Assembly: GCA_951804945.1 (NCBI GenBank)
Contig: OX638149.1
Coordinates: 51,832,001-51,896,000, forward strand
Direction: 5' to 3'
DNA from: Podarcis cretensis
Taxonomy: Eukaryota
Length of the DNA: 64,000 bases
The position numbers and the translations under genes are program-made. How positions within the stretch are numbered: position 1 is the first letter of the stretch; each line of letters opens with the position of its first letter. This document shows positions 1-13,137 of the stretch, piece by piece. The notes beneath the pieces were generated by a model. That model was not told the origin of the DNA. It was given only the letters and a program-made list of their open reading frames with translations, and did no database searches.

Positions 1-333
1 CCATATCCTCTTTGTCATACCATATATGTGGTCTGTAACAGATCATCCAGTGACATCCTTAGCAGAAGTGTTTTGGTTTTTTTAATGTTTGGCAATTGTG
101 ATGGCAATTACTAATTCTTGAATTGACTTTCACATGAGCCTCAAGACATTTTACAAGCATACAATAAAACTACTAAACTTAATTTTTTTAAAAGCACCAA
201 AAACAAATAAGATTCAAAAACAATATTTGAAAATATCCTTGTTGCTTCTTGGTTAGCTCAGAGATGGCATATATGAAACTGCTGAGTAGAACAGTGTTAA
301 CTGTGGAATATATTCTTGTCTTCAACTCCGCAG

Positions 334-474
334 GCATGACTAGCTTCCTGATCTTTGCTAGAAGGTCGGATATTCGGCTGGTTTCGCTTGACATCCCGTA
401 TTTTGCCGACGTAGTTGTGTCAGTCAATGTCACCATGAAAAACGCTATTGCCATCGGAGTGGATCCTCAAGAAG
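334..474 (+). CDS. LRP4: LRP4 exon 23 (start of 3rd beta-propeller)
   Basis: CAG|..|GT; [34 protein letters not shown] matches LRP4. Confidence 0.95.
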
Positions 475-601
475 GTCTGAAATGTGTCATTTAACCATCT
501 TAAGCACTGATCCAGTGGGGGCTGGTTGGACTCAAAGTCTAACAACATGTGGAAGCCTTGGGTTCTCTATCCCTGATCTACGAATTGTTAAGATGTAGAC
601 T

Positions 602-1106
602 GAGGATAGCAGCCTGCCGCCCGGCACGACAGGCGCCCTGAAGCAGAGCGCCCCTCGCGCCGGGCAGACATCCGCAGCGTGGGGAGCCCTGCGGGGAACT
701 CCTGCAGGGCTCCCCTCGCTGCGGATAGCAGCCTGCCGCCCGGCACGAAAGGCGCCCTGAAGCAGAGCGCCCCTCACGCTGGGCAAACATCTGCAGCGTG
801 GGGAGCCCTGCAGGAGTTCCCCTCAGGGCTCCCCACACTGCGGATAGCAGCCTGCCGCCCGGTGGGCAGGGCGCGCTGAAGCAGAGCGCCCGCGTGCCGG
901 GCAGACATCGGCCAGCCCCACAAGCTCGGGGGACAGCAGGGAGGCACAGTGCCGCCATCCCGCTGTTCCTCGACCTGGTTTGGTTTCCCCGACCTGGTTT
1001 TGGGGGGGAAATAAAGGGGGGAAAAATCCCTTTATTTCCCCCCCCCCCAAAAAAAAAAACTAGGTGCGTCCTATGGGACGGAGCGTCCTATGGGCGAAAA
1101 ATATGA
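602..1106 (+). mobile_element. 5'-truncated Tc1/mariner-superfamily (Tc2-like) MITE with 119-bp hairpin repeats
   Basis: Right end GCGTCCTATGGGCGAAAAATATGA|TA matches the TIR of the complete copy at 42242-42881; units start at 604, 723, 842. Confidence 0.8.
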
Positions 1107-1198
1107 TACTTTCCTCATCTGCTAATGCTACTTCTTTAATGCCTATTTTTAGGATTTTCTGTGTAGATGTTGCTGATGTTCTCCTATTTCTTCCACAG

Positions 1199-1285
1199 GA
1201 AAGGTCTATTGGTCGGACAGCACCCTGAGGAAGATTAGCAGGGCTGCCTTAGATGGATCTCAGTATGAAGATATCATTACTACAG
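1199..1285 (+). CDS. LRP4: LRP4 exon 24
   Basis: CAG|..|GTAAT; [28 protein letters not shown]. Confidence 0.95.
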
Positions 1286-1531
1286 GTAATAGATGCTTTA
1301 CTGGAATAGCCACTCCTCCAGGGTGCTTTCAGAGATGGATTTTGCCGGGTGATGTGAGCACAGTCTTAATAGCATAGTCAGTTCTCTGGAGTTTACTCAT
1401 GGAGTACCTAGGAATATTTATGGTAAGAAATGCCTGGTGAATCTTGCAGATGTTTTTAAGGAGGGAAGATCCTAAATGTGATGGTTAGCCAGTAGCAAGA
1501 AACAATGACATTGCTACTGCTTTTTTACTAG

Positions 1532-1703
1532 GGTTGCAAACCACAGATGGACTAGCAGTGGATGCTATCGGTCGCAAAGTGTATTGGACTGACACAGGGA
1601 CCAAAAGGATTGAAGTGGGCAACCTGGATGGGTCAATGAGGAGAGTTTTGGTATGGGAAAACCTGGACAGCCCAAGAGCCATTGCCCTGTATCACGAGAT
1701 GGG
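1532..1703 (+). CDS. LRP4: LRP4 exon 25
   Basis: TAG|..|GTGAG; [31 protein letters not shown]. Confidence 0.95.
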
Positions 1704-1821
1704 GTGAGTGCTGGCTGTAGTACGTCTTGGTCAAGGGAAAGGCAGAGGATGGGAAGGCATGGGAATAATTCCCATGCTAGCTTCTCAGTTGGTTGCTTAC
1801 TAGCTTTTCCTCTTCCTTCAG

Positions 1822-1984
1822 TTTTATGTATTGGACGGACTGGGGAGAGAACGCCAAGCTGGAACAAGCTGGCATGGATGGCTCCAGGCGCACGGTGCTT
1901 ATCAACAACAACCTGGGATGGCCGAATGGACTGGCTGTGGATCGAGCTGGATCACAACTGCTCTGGGCTGATGCACATACTGAG
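1822..1984 (+). CDS. LRP4: LRP4 exon 26
   Basis: CAG|..|GTTGG; [28 protein letters not shown]. Confidence 0.95.
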
Positions 1985-2377
1985 GTTGGAACTGCTGCAA
2001 GGCGTGCAGAATGTTTTCTTGGGGTGGAGTTAATAACTTTATATCTGAAGGAAGGGATGGCATGAGAGGGATTTAAGAGTCCTTGCGGACTAAGGGAATT
2101 CATAAGTGCAGGTTCATCACTCAGCAGTAGCAGTGGCACACGCATTAAGCCATAGTTAATGTCTGACATTCAGCTGTGGTGGAGCACAAATGAGCTGCTA
2201 AGCCATTCGCTGTCGTGCATCCTGCTCAGAAATTCCCTGCTCTGGTCCTTCATTGGTCCTCCTACCTGTGCTATGCCAAGAGCAACAAACCATGACCCCT
2301 TGGCTTGTGTCAATCTGAACCCGGGATCATGGCTTGTTTGCCCCAAAGTGAAGAATAAAGCTAGGCTACCACTTATG

Positions 2378-2830
2378 TCAAGTCAAGTCAAGTAATCTTT
2401 ATTGGCATCACATAAGAACATTCAGAATACATTCAGAATAGATAGGGCAGTGCGATCTCGTCGCCACCCCAACAGCACAGTCACCCACCAAAGGGCAAAA
2501 GAAGCGAGCAATACGCCTCATCTCTGTGGGTTTCCAGCAAGGGCAGGATCCTGTAGCATACTTCGGCGACAAAAAATCAAATAGAGGAACTTAGCTACTG
2601 TCTTCATGAGCTCCTGGTCTCTCCCCTGTAATAAGAAGCGCATAACCTCCGTCTCTGGTTTCCATGTTGGAATACATAGATGGTCTAGAAATTGTTGGTG
2701 GAGTTCATCATACATTTTACATTTAAGGGCCACATGAGCTAGAGTTTCTACCACTTGTGGTTTGCTTGGAGACCCTGCGTCTGGGTTCAGACAGCACAAT
2801 GCACAAAAACTCGTGGCTTCCTACTCTTGG
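2378..2830 (-). mobile_element. 3' fragment of an RTE-X-like LINE
   Basis: (GTCAA)n tail; minus frame CALC..VETLAHVALKCKMY..VAKFL resembles a LINE ORF2 C-terminal zinc knuckle. Confidence 0.65.
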
Positions 2831-3224
2831 TGCAGCCGGGAGCAGGAGCAAAGCAATGACTTCTGAGCATTGTGAGCAGTTTAACTGTGTTTTATTGTAA
2901 CATGCAAATGAGGCCAGTTATTGCAACATCTCTTGGTGACTTCCATGTCAGAAATCCCCATCAGGATTCAAGTGCCAAAGGCAAGGCTTTCATGTTGCCT
3001 GGCCTTAACCTCAAACACTGCCTTTTGGTGGGTATTGCTCACGTGTTGTCACTTGATGAACTGCAGCTACAGTTGCCCAGTGACGAGATAACCAAGTATG
3101 CTTGTGAGATTTTTTCTAATATGGTAGCTTGGAATCATAGCTATCTGAGGCCTTTGTTTTCAGCTTTCTGGGGATTTTCTCTGTCTCTCAAAAAGGGAAT
3201 AAACATTCCATCTCTGTCCTTCAG

Positions 3225-3450
3225 CGCATTGAGGCTGCAGACCTGAATGGTGCAAACCGCCGCACCTTGCTTTCTCCAGTACAGCACCCTTACGGCCTCA
3301 CTCTGCTGGATTCCTACATCTACTGGACAGATTGGCAAACACGTAGCATCCACAGGGCTGACAAGAACACTGGTGCTAACGTCATCTTAGTCAGGGCAAA
3401 CCTGCCTGGCTTAATGGACATCCAGGCTGTTGACAGGAAGCACCCTCTAG
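3225..3450 (+). CDS. LRP4: LRP4 exon 27
   Basis: CAG|..|GTAAG; [30 protein letters not shown]. Confidence 0.95.
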
Positions 3451-3689
3451 GTAAGCCCCCCCCCTCCCATCAAGCCAAACATTGTTTGGAGAGTCCTCTT
3501 AGAAGCTGGCACCAAGGGGGTTCTTTACTTCTCCTCTGCACCCCCAACCACTCCCAGATACTGTTTACTGCAATGCTTTAATTCTTTGCATTTCTTCTTC
3601 AAGGATTTTTTCACATCAGAATTCTTACTTGGCCTTTGTGCCTTTTCTGCAGATCTTGCTCCGTTCTCTAATCTAGCCTTGCCAGGCTG

Positions 3690-3810
3690 TGTGAGTCAGT
3701 TGTTGTTGGACTACAATGCCCATCAACCCTGACTATTGACCATCCTGGCTGGAGCTGATGGGAGTTTAGGTCCAGCAGCCTCTGGAAAGCACTGAGTTGG
3801 GAAGTCTTGC
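3690..3810. mobile_element. Degenerate lizard MITE fragment (related pieces near 12630, 23760, 33115, 52730)
   Basis: GTTGGACTACAA..CCCATCA..GCTGATGGGAGT palindromic core recurring in the window. Confidence 0.55.
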
Positions 3811-4316
3811 TTAATCCTAGCTACTCAAACCTTTTTTTTTTTTTAACCAAACTACATTCAAACCACTCAAGCACTTTGAAGCCTTCCATTTTATTTGAAT
3901 CACCTGTCTTGTCATCCTCACACTTACAATCTTCTCAAGTGCCTGTTCTGTACGTTTATTTAGTTGCCAGGCGTTCATCTTGCTATTTCCCCTGTAGGGC
4001 TAGGGTTTCCCCACAGTTTGAAACAGCATTATTGGTGCCATTGTGCTGGCAAAGGATAATGCAAAATCCTTTTGTTGCCCTCTTGTTGCCTATCTTGTTG
4101 ATCATTTTGGGGGTGCAGTCAGGAGGTGTTTTTTCTTCAGAGACACTGGCAGGCTTTGCTTTCTAAAGTTCCATCTTTCTGTGGTCCCTCTAACTTTTTC
4201 TACGACCCTTTAAAAAAATACCTGAGGTACACTGGGTAGTAGTAGCCTTAGTCAGGGCCTACAAATGTTTGTGCCTACTTTTGCTTGAGAATCTCCTGTT
4301 TACAAGGACTGTGTAG

Positions 4317-4688
<372 letters not shown>

Positions 4689-4832
4689 TAGGAACTCATT
4701 AGCTTCCTTTTGGTGCATTAATTCATTAATTACATGAGACCTAGCTGGTCTTTGTGTTGCAAGATCTGCCTTGCAATGTGGTATTTTAATAGGCAGAAAT
4801 TCTTATTTTCATTGGTATCTACTGTTTTCCAG

Positions 4833-5051
4833 GCGAGCAGACCTTAATGGCAGCAATATGGAAACAGTTATTGGTCAAGGACTGAAGACTACAGATGGTC
4901 TAGCTGTGGACTGGGTGGCTAGAAACCTCTACTGGACTGACACGGGCCGCAACACCATTGAAGTTGCAAGACTAGATGGCAGCTGCAGGAAGGTGCTAAT
5001 TAATAACAATCTGGATGAACCCCGAGCAATTGCTGTCTTTCCCAGGAAGGG
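4833..5051 (+). CDS. LRP4: LRP4 exon 29
   Basis: CAG|..|GTAAG; [26 protein letters not shown]. Confidence 0.95.
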
Positions 5052-5469
5052 GTAAGTTGGGGGACAACTAGAGGCAGAATGGGTGGAGGGAGGAGAGTAG
5101 TGCTTCAAAGGTTAAGGTCCTCCTTGGGCCTATAGGAGCATCTGGTCTGTTGACCAAGTAGACTCCTTTACCAGCAAATCTTTATGAGCAAACACACTAT
5201 CCAGCTAGCTGTTCAGCTGTAGCACTTCATCAAGTGGTTGCAGATTAGATTGTTGGAGCCCCTCCTGCCTGTGGTTCTGTTCTTGCCTAGAGGTGAGCAT
5301 TGCTGGACCGAGAAGAGTTAGGACTACAATCTGACTCTTAGAACCAGATGACCTGTTGGTCTTGTTGAAGAGTTGCAGCTGGCCAGATGGCTGGAGGAAG
5401 ATGTTTTTCAAAAGGCAGTCACCAGCCCTCTCCACCAGCAGATCTACTCCCTAGTGAGGAGCCTAGTAA

Positions 5470-5772
<303 letters not shown>

Positions 5773-5941
5773 TAACATAGTCCCTTTCCATGTGCAAAAG
5801 TCCTTTCTCTGCTTTTAAGGCAGTCTGGAGCTTCTGCATCACATCAGTAAAGAAGTGCAAGAAGGATGGGGAATCGTTTTCTTTGGGGTGGGAGGTTATG
5901 GTGGAGGTCGGTTTCACTTCCCATACGTTCTCTTCTTCTAG

Positions 5942-6050
5942 GATTTATTGGGTAGATGCTCATCTAGACCGCATAGAGAGTGCTGATCTCAACGGGAAGC
6001 TGCGTCAGGTCCTGGTCAGCCAAGTGTCGCATCCCTTTGCCTTGACACAG
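5942..6050 (+). CDS. LRP4: LRP4 exon 31
   Basis: TAG|..|GTACA; [23 protein letters not shown]. Confidence 0.95.
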
Positions 6051-6203
6051 GTACAAAGGACCTTGGTGGGAACTCTGCAATGTCACTAGATATATAAGCT
6101 CCCAAAGAAATAGTATATTTTCTTAATTTCTGGGTGTTGGGAGAAATTGGTGTTCTCATTCTTCTTCCTGCCATACACTGGAGAAATGGTTTTGCTTGAA
6201 TAA

Positions 6204-6626
<423 letters not shown>

Positions 6627-7454
6627 TAACAACTCCGGCTAGTAAGGCTGGTACATGGATAATACGGCATCATGGACTTAGGACTGCTGTTGTGGAGTTA
6701 CGCAATTTCCCTTCAAACTTAGAGTTTGGGTGAAGATTTGTCATACTAAAAACAGGAATAAGGTGATTTTTTTTCTTTTCTAGTCTGGGATATTAGCTAC
6801 CCTTCTCCCATACTGTTTAAATAAAACATAGACTGGTATGCAAAACCTGTGTCATGCTAGATGGATATTGTACTCCAACCTGAGAAATCTGTGCCTCCAT
6901 TGCTGCTTGTGGGCTGAGGCCATCCACCATGTCTCTGAACACCTGTCAGGTTCTTTTAAGACATCTAGTAGAATGAAGACCATTGGTATTTAAAATAGGC
7001 ATGGGGCAGAAACTTAGAAATCACTCTGGCAAAGCATCAGATTCTTTAAAACGTTGCTATTATCTACATATTAAAAAGCCAGTTCCAAAAGAAACCAAAC
7101 TCCCTGTAGGGCCTGGTTAGTTTAGTTCTCAATGGCTCCCATTCGCTTCTAGGGGATATAGTAAATGGACTGCAGTCTAGGACACAGCTGAGAAGGAGCA
7201 GCCTGCTTCTCTGTCCAGGTAGTGAGATCAGTGAGATCAGTAGGGCAGATTAGCCCCTGCTCAGTGGTAATACGTACACATTCCTTTGTTCATTCCCATA
7301 TAAGTGAAGGTCTGATATTAACTTTCCTCACCCTGTGGGGGTAAGGAAAATGGCTGGACTCTGAAAGCAACCATGTAGTGGTGGTCGGAGTCCATTACCC
7401 CTGACACCTGAAATCCTGGCTTCTGCAGAAGAGGCCCCCGTAGGGAGCTCATAG

Positions 7455-7456
<2 letters not shown>

Positions 7457-7486
<30 letters not shown>
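7457..7486 (+). repeat. (AC)n microsatellite
   Basis: Seen directly. Confidence 0.95.
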
Positions 7487-7489
<3 letters not shown>

Positions 7490-7994
7490 CTTTAACACTC
7501 TGCCTGTCAGTAATGACAAGTAATTCAGTTATATTTATTAAGAAATATTACAAGTCATCTTTCAGATGAATTCCTTCTTGTCTTTGAGAAAGCACAAACT
7601 TAATGGATTTTGTAATATAAAAGAAGAATGGGAAGGTATTGACTAAGGAGCGATATCAAGATAAGACAAGGAGGATACCTGCATTGTGGCCCATTTATTC
7701 TCCCTATTTGTATAGTCCCGTGATTACTTGCCAGGGTTGCTGCAACCCTGCGCCAACAAACAATCCAACAGTGACCCAACAAACAGAAATTTTGTGATCC
7801 TGTTCTTTTTTATGTTATTTTTGTATATCTTTCAGAGGTTTTTAAATATTAAGTGGTTTAGAAGGGCTTTTCAATAAATAAAATAAGCTTGTGCATGATA
7901 GGCTTTGGTAAGAACCATCAGCCACTGTATCTTGCTGATAAGAATGCAAAGCCCCCACAGTTGAGGACAGAAAACGATGTTCTTCTGGTGGTAA

Positions 7995-8174
<180 letters not shown>

Positions 8175-8788
8175 TGATGTTTTTGCTCCTGCTACATGAG
8201 GACTTTTTCTGTGGAGTTTTTTCTGTGAAACCTAAATAAGCCACCTTCAGATAATAGAACAGCCTGTGCGGCAGAATGCAGTCTTGTCAAAGCATTCAGA
8301 TCAGTGCAAGAAATCATTATCCTGTCTCCTCTGGACTTGGGCTCCTTATGAATTTGAAAACTTCTCTTTGAAATTCTCTTCCATTCTCCAGATGTCCCAG
8401 ATGCATATTTTAGCATTCTGGATGCGTCTCTGAAGAATACGGTTCAAAGCAGTTCGTTGTATTTCATTGGCATTTTGTGTGCAGTAACTTTAAAAATGTA
8501 TGTGCATATAACATCGGGGATGGTTGGAGATTGGCAAAATAAGAGCACGCCAATATTTTCTGCTGCTCCCATACAGGCTGTAGCAGCCCAGTTAACCACC
8601 TGTAGCTACACTGCAGTTTTTGTTTTCTTAGGAGCAGGTCACTGTTAAAACCACAGTCAGAACCTTAACTGCCTGCTGCTGCGTCTGGCGGAACAGATTG
8701 CAATTTCTGCATTTCTGCAAGCTGCGTTTGGCTTAATTATCTCCCCTTCCTAAGCTTCTGTTTCCTTTTCTCTTTGCGTTCTGTGTAG

Positions 8789-8912
8789 TTCCTGGCATGG
8801 GGCCTTCGATTCCCGAGACCACTCGTGCAAGCAAAAAGAGCCAGACTCCCGCTGGTAGATCTGGCTCTTCGACAACCAAACCCCATATATCCTTGGAAAC
8901 AACAGAAGCAAA
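8789..8912 (+). CDS. LRP4: LRP4 exon 34 (Ser/Thr-rich stalk)
   Basis: TAG|..|GTGAG; phase-compatible open frame VPGMGPSIPETTRASKKSQTP..LETTEA. Confidence 0.85.
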
Positions 8913-9154
8913 GTGAGTGGCTTTGTGGCTTTAAAAGATGATTGTGACAAAAGGTGGTGCCGAGTTCCTCACTGACTCTCCTGCCCCAGCAAGGAGGAAA
9001 GAGACTATGCAGGAGTTTTTGCACTTCTTAATAGGATGGTGATATGGGGGGTGGGCAGAGCTGTTCCATTCATGTGTACTGTTCAGCTACTGTATTCTTT
9101 CCCCCTCCTGCATGCCATATTAAATGTGATTCCAAAAAACATTAAGTTATGTTG

Positions 9155-9210
9155 CAGAGGTTTGGACTAGATGACCCTTGGAGGTCCCTTCCAACTCTTA
9201 ATTCTATGAC
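9155..9210 (+). mobile_element. CR1 LINE 3' end
   Basis: GGACTAGATGACCCTTGGAGGTCCCTTCCAACTC..ATTCTATGA, a typical CR1 terminus. Confidence 0.7.
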
Positions 9211-9241
9211 CTTTCACTGCTTTTCTTTTCTCCCTGTGTAG

Positions 9242-9309
9242 CTGCTCTGACAAAAAGGTTGGCCAAGGCTTGTGCAGCCGAGCAAGCGAAGCTGTGCCAG
9301 CAACCACTG
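9242..9309 (+). CDS. LRP4: LRP4 exon 35
   Basis: TAG|..|GTGAG; CSDKKVGQGLCSRASEAVPATT, with the two Cys typical of LRP4. Confidence 0.88.
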
Positions 9310-10120
9310 GTGAGTTTTTACATTATCCCTCATTACCCCGGGCTGCACCAGATCTTTCTATGTCCCATGTTGGAGGCCCAGGCACAAGACCGATAAACAA
9401 CGATAGTGTTACCAAGCCCTCAGTGCGGGTTAAATACATGCGGGTTTATTTTGGCTCATAGCAAAGTAGTCATGCGTTTGCCCAGCTACACACCCACTGT
9501 AGCCTTCTGAAATGATGGAACGACTCCAGCAAATTTTGACTTCTAGTAAGGAGATGTTGGTGTACAGGGGAGGGAGGGAGGGAGGGAATCAAACTACTTT
9601 TATTGCGAGTCGCAATACTGCATGGTATAATTTGGTGTTTGCTTATCAGCCCTCCCAAAAAAATGCTAATTAGTTACTTCCTGATAAAAGGTCTTGGAAC
9701 AGTTTTTAGGGAAGCATAATGAAATTAAAATTAAAGAAGAAAAAGAGTTATTGGGAATCGGTGAAGATGGTTTAGCTAAAGCAGATCGGAATTATAAGCA
9801 ACTCAAATGAATTTTAGGTTGCTTATTTTGTTACCCAAAGGTGTATACAACATTTACACTAGTACAAAATCATTTCGTTCTTTTGGCTGACAAAACACAT
9901 GCATCAAGAGTTAAAGGGATGGGCTAAAGGAAAACACTCTTGGAATGGAAGAATTGCCACAATAAAAATTAAAAGGCTGCCAATATTTTTGTTGCCTTTT
10001 CTGACTTTCTTGTAATTCTGTACAAAAACTAGGGCCCTGTCAGCACTGTCAACAGGCACACATATTTACACACAGGAGCATGGAATGTCATCCTCAATCT
10101 AACCTGTTTCCCTCTTTCAG

Positions 10121-10205
10121 GAGGACTGCACGTCAGTTACATAATCGGAGGCCTTCTCAGTATATTGATCATTCTGCTGCTTATTGGTGCTGTGATTATA
10201 TACAG
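10121..10205 (+). CDS. LRP4: LRP4 exon 36 (transmembrane helix)
   Basis: CAG|..|GTAAT; GLHVSYIIGGLLSILIILLLIGAVIIYR. Confidence 0.95.
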
Positions 10206-10938
10206 GTAATTTCCTTGCCCTAGTCTCTCTGTGCTTCTGAATTCATCTTTTGGTTGGGATACTTCTGACAAAGCCCAGGTCTTCCTTGCTGTAGTTAAAA
10301 ATGCCTCACTGGAACCAATGCCAGAGGAAATAGGCATGTTGGTCTGCAACAGGTGTGGTGGTGGCATTCCTGGAGACGTAACTGGAGTAAAAAACAAAGT
10401 TGTAACCATAAACAAGGGAGGCTGAGATGCTAATGCTCCTAACTTACAGTTCTTGCATAATGTTGTGAGCAGCTCCTCCTCCTCTCCCATTTGCCTCTGG
10501 AAAAATGACAGCATTGGTTTCAGGGAGCAGTGAAGAGTAGTTTGCAACAAATACTCAATTCAATTTTTGCCCCGTAGAAAGTTTTTGTTCCCAGGAAATT
10601 GTTCAAAGGAATCCTGTGGAAATTTGCACATGCCTTGGTTTGGTTCTTACATATTGACTCTTTGAACTCTGAACATTTTGCATGAATGTGATCTCTCTTG
10701 CTTATCAGTGGAATTGCCCCTGATTTTCCCACTGGCATACAAGTAAATAGAATTTTGCTGCCTCCCATGAGTGCAGTCGTGATTTGCTATCTGAGATGTT
10801 TGCTATCCGATATAAAAGACTTACTTATGGTTTGAGAAAGGAGAAAATACATGACCATAGTTATTTTTCTGATAGAGTAGTAGTGCAGAGTAGGGCTTTA
10901 GCTGTTGAGGCTCTTTGTTGACAGTTGTATTCCTGCAG

Positions 10939-11077
10939 GCACAAGAAGTCCAAGTTCACAGATCCTAGCCTGGGCAACCTTACCTACAGTAACCCCTCTT
11001 ACCGTACATCTACCCAAGAGGTAAAGATTGAAACAGTTCCCAAGCCAGCCATGTATAACCAGCTATGCTATAAGGAG
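10939..11077 (+). CDS. LRP4: LRP4 exon 37 (cytoplasmic, NPSY endocytosis motif)
   Basis: CAG|..|GTAAG; [36 protein letters not shown]. Confidence 0.95.
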
Positions 11078-11979
11078 GTAAGAGATGCCTTTAGAACGAG
11101 TCATCTGTGTCAAGCCACTGTGGTTTTAAACATCAAATTGCAATAAGCCTAACTAATTTGTCTTATTGTCATCAGTCCTAGCAACTCGAAGAACCCTGTC
11201 CTTCACCTCTCACATTATTAGAAGGCCACTGACATGGCTCATATAGGTTAACCAGCAATACTGTTTATTTGATGCTTTTGTCTTGGGGGCACCTGTTGCC
11301 CAAAGGAAATGAAGAGTTCACTTATTCAGAGTTTTAATTCCTCTATTCAGCCAAAAAAGGGAGTCCAGAGTGGCTTGCAAATCACTGCAACAAGACAGTC
11401 CCTGCCTCCAGGCTTAAAAAGATATGGCACAAAGGAAAAATGGATTGGGAGAGAGGAGGAAATGAGACAAATTCTTAGTCACAGTTTCTGTTAATGGCCA
11501 TTGGGGGTGGAAAAGTTAATGGAGAGGAGGTGCCCGAAGTTGCTGTCCTCCCAGCTGTTGGAGTGGCCCTGCATCTCTTCCCTTCCATCCTCTGCTGCAA
11601 CCTGATGGCAGGTGACAGTTGATGGAGGGAAGAGTCAGACTTCTCAGCAGAGCTCGGGGTGATGCTGCTGCTGCACCTCTTCTCTTCCCCTTCTCTGGTT
11701 CAGGCCGAGATGGCACACTCCCAGTTCCCACCCCAGTACCTAGTGGGGCCCCTGTAGTTCAGTAGTCCTGAATGGCTATATGCAGCTAGACAGATGCGCC
11801 TGTGCACTGCATGGATTGCCAGTGGGAGGGAGAGCAGACTAATGGAAAATTGTTGCCTTTGGAAGGGCACATGATGGGCTGTGATGTCTCAAAGCACTTA
11901 GTCTCTCTGTCTTTCCTCCTCAGCATCTTTCTCACCCCCCTGATAGCCTTTCACCATTCCTCTTTTGACCTGCCCACAG

Positions 11980-11990
11980 CCTCATATCAG
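11980..11990 (+). CDS. LRP4: Candidate LRP4 microexon a (11 nt)
   Basis: Pyrimidine tract TTCCTCTTTTGACCTGCCCACAG|CCTCATATCAG|GTATCA; in frame only together with 13101-13137. Confidence 0.4.
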
Positions 11991-13100
11991 GTATCACAGC
12001 TCTGCATTTGTGCAGCCTCTGCCTGCCTTATTCCTGTAGTGCTGATGAGTGGCCTAATGCTGTCTTCTATTACTTGCTTCTTGGCTGGCTTTCTCTCCCT
12101 CTCTTTGTGTGTGTGCGTGCGTGTGCACATGCACCCCTGAAATACTTGTGTGTTTGTGTGCTGGGAAAGAAAAGTGTTTTTGCCTTGGTTAAATAATTTG
12201 AAACTGCTTAAAACTTTACAAAATCTTTGTACCCCACCATCATACATGTGCAGGGTATGATCAGTAAAGAGGTTCCCCCCCCCCCCACGAATTGATGAAG
12301 CACAGTTATTGCTAATTTTCGTTGCCTCCATGTTTCCTTGCCTCTAATTTTCCTCTCCTCCATGTCGAATTTGTGTGCACCTTGCTGCTTTTATGAGAGT
12401 GTTCTCTAAATCTTCGCTATTTTAACATAATTACTGGTTGGACTGATCTGTGCAATGCTTCTTAACTTCAGTGTTTATACCCATCAGACACATTTTGCGT
12501 TGAATTAACCAGGGTCGGCTTCTGTGTCCCGCTCAAATATAGACAACATTTTTCAACTGTTTCCACTACATTTCCTGTCCTTTGGAACAAAGCTCAGGAT
12601 ACAGGAGGGTGACTTTAAGAAGCATCTAGTGCACCCCCACCAGATGCTGTTGGACTCAGACTCCTATCATCCCTAGTCAGCATGGTCAGCACCATGGTTG
12701 GCTACCCCTGGTGTAGTTGGAGACATGCTTCTAAGAGTCAGTGCCTGCATTCTCATAATCTAATCTGCAGTGGCTATTCTGGAGCTGAATCTTAAGACAC
12801 TCTCCTAGTTTAACGCTTGATTTCACCAGTGCTCATTTTCACTACTCATGATTTGGGAGATATTACTTGTCCTCCCAGTTTATTCACTACCTGTGTCATC
12901 TTTTCATGAGTTGATGGGATGCACAGTTTGTAATGGAATTGCCAGTAGCAGCTGGTCTGCTAGGAAACGCAGCACGTGATGCATTTAGATAGTATTTCAT
13001 GCACGCAGACATTTGAGTCTGGCAAACCTGTGAAAGCTAGCTCTCTTTTCTGGTGTTCCATCCCATGACCCTGGGATTTTTGCTTCCTTTCTTAAGATAG

Positions 13101-13137
13101 GTCAGGGACCTCCACAATGAAAGAAAACACCTGTGTG
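13101..13137 (+). CDS. LRP4: Candidate LRP4 mini-exon b (37 nt)
   Basis: TTTTTGCTTCCTTTCTTAAGATAG|..|GTATGA; joined to 11980-11990 gives PHIRSGTSTMKENTCV with no stop. Confidence 0.4.

Noticed and set aside
602-920. CRISPR-like repeat array
   Set aside because: Eukaryotic DNA; whole units repeat with no unique spacers and lie within TIR-bounded MITEs.
532-1106. Overlapping ORFs in the GC-rich repeats (also 42114-42867)
   Set aside because: By-products of palindromic MITE repeats; no transposase motifs.
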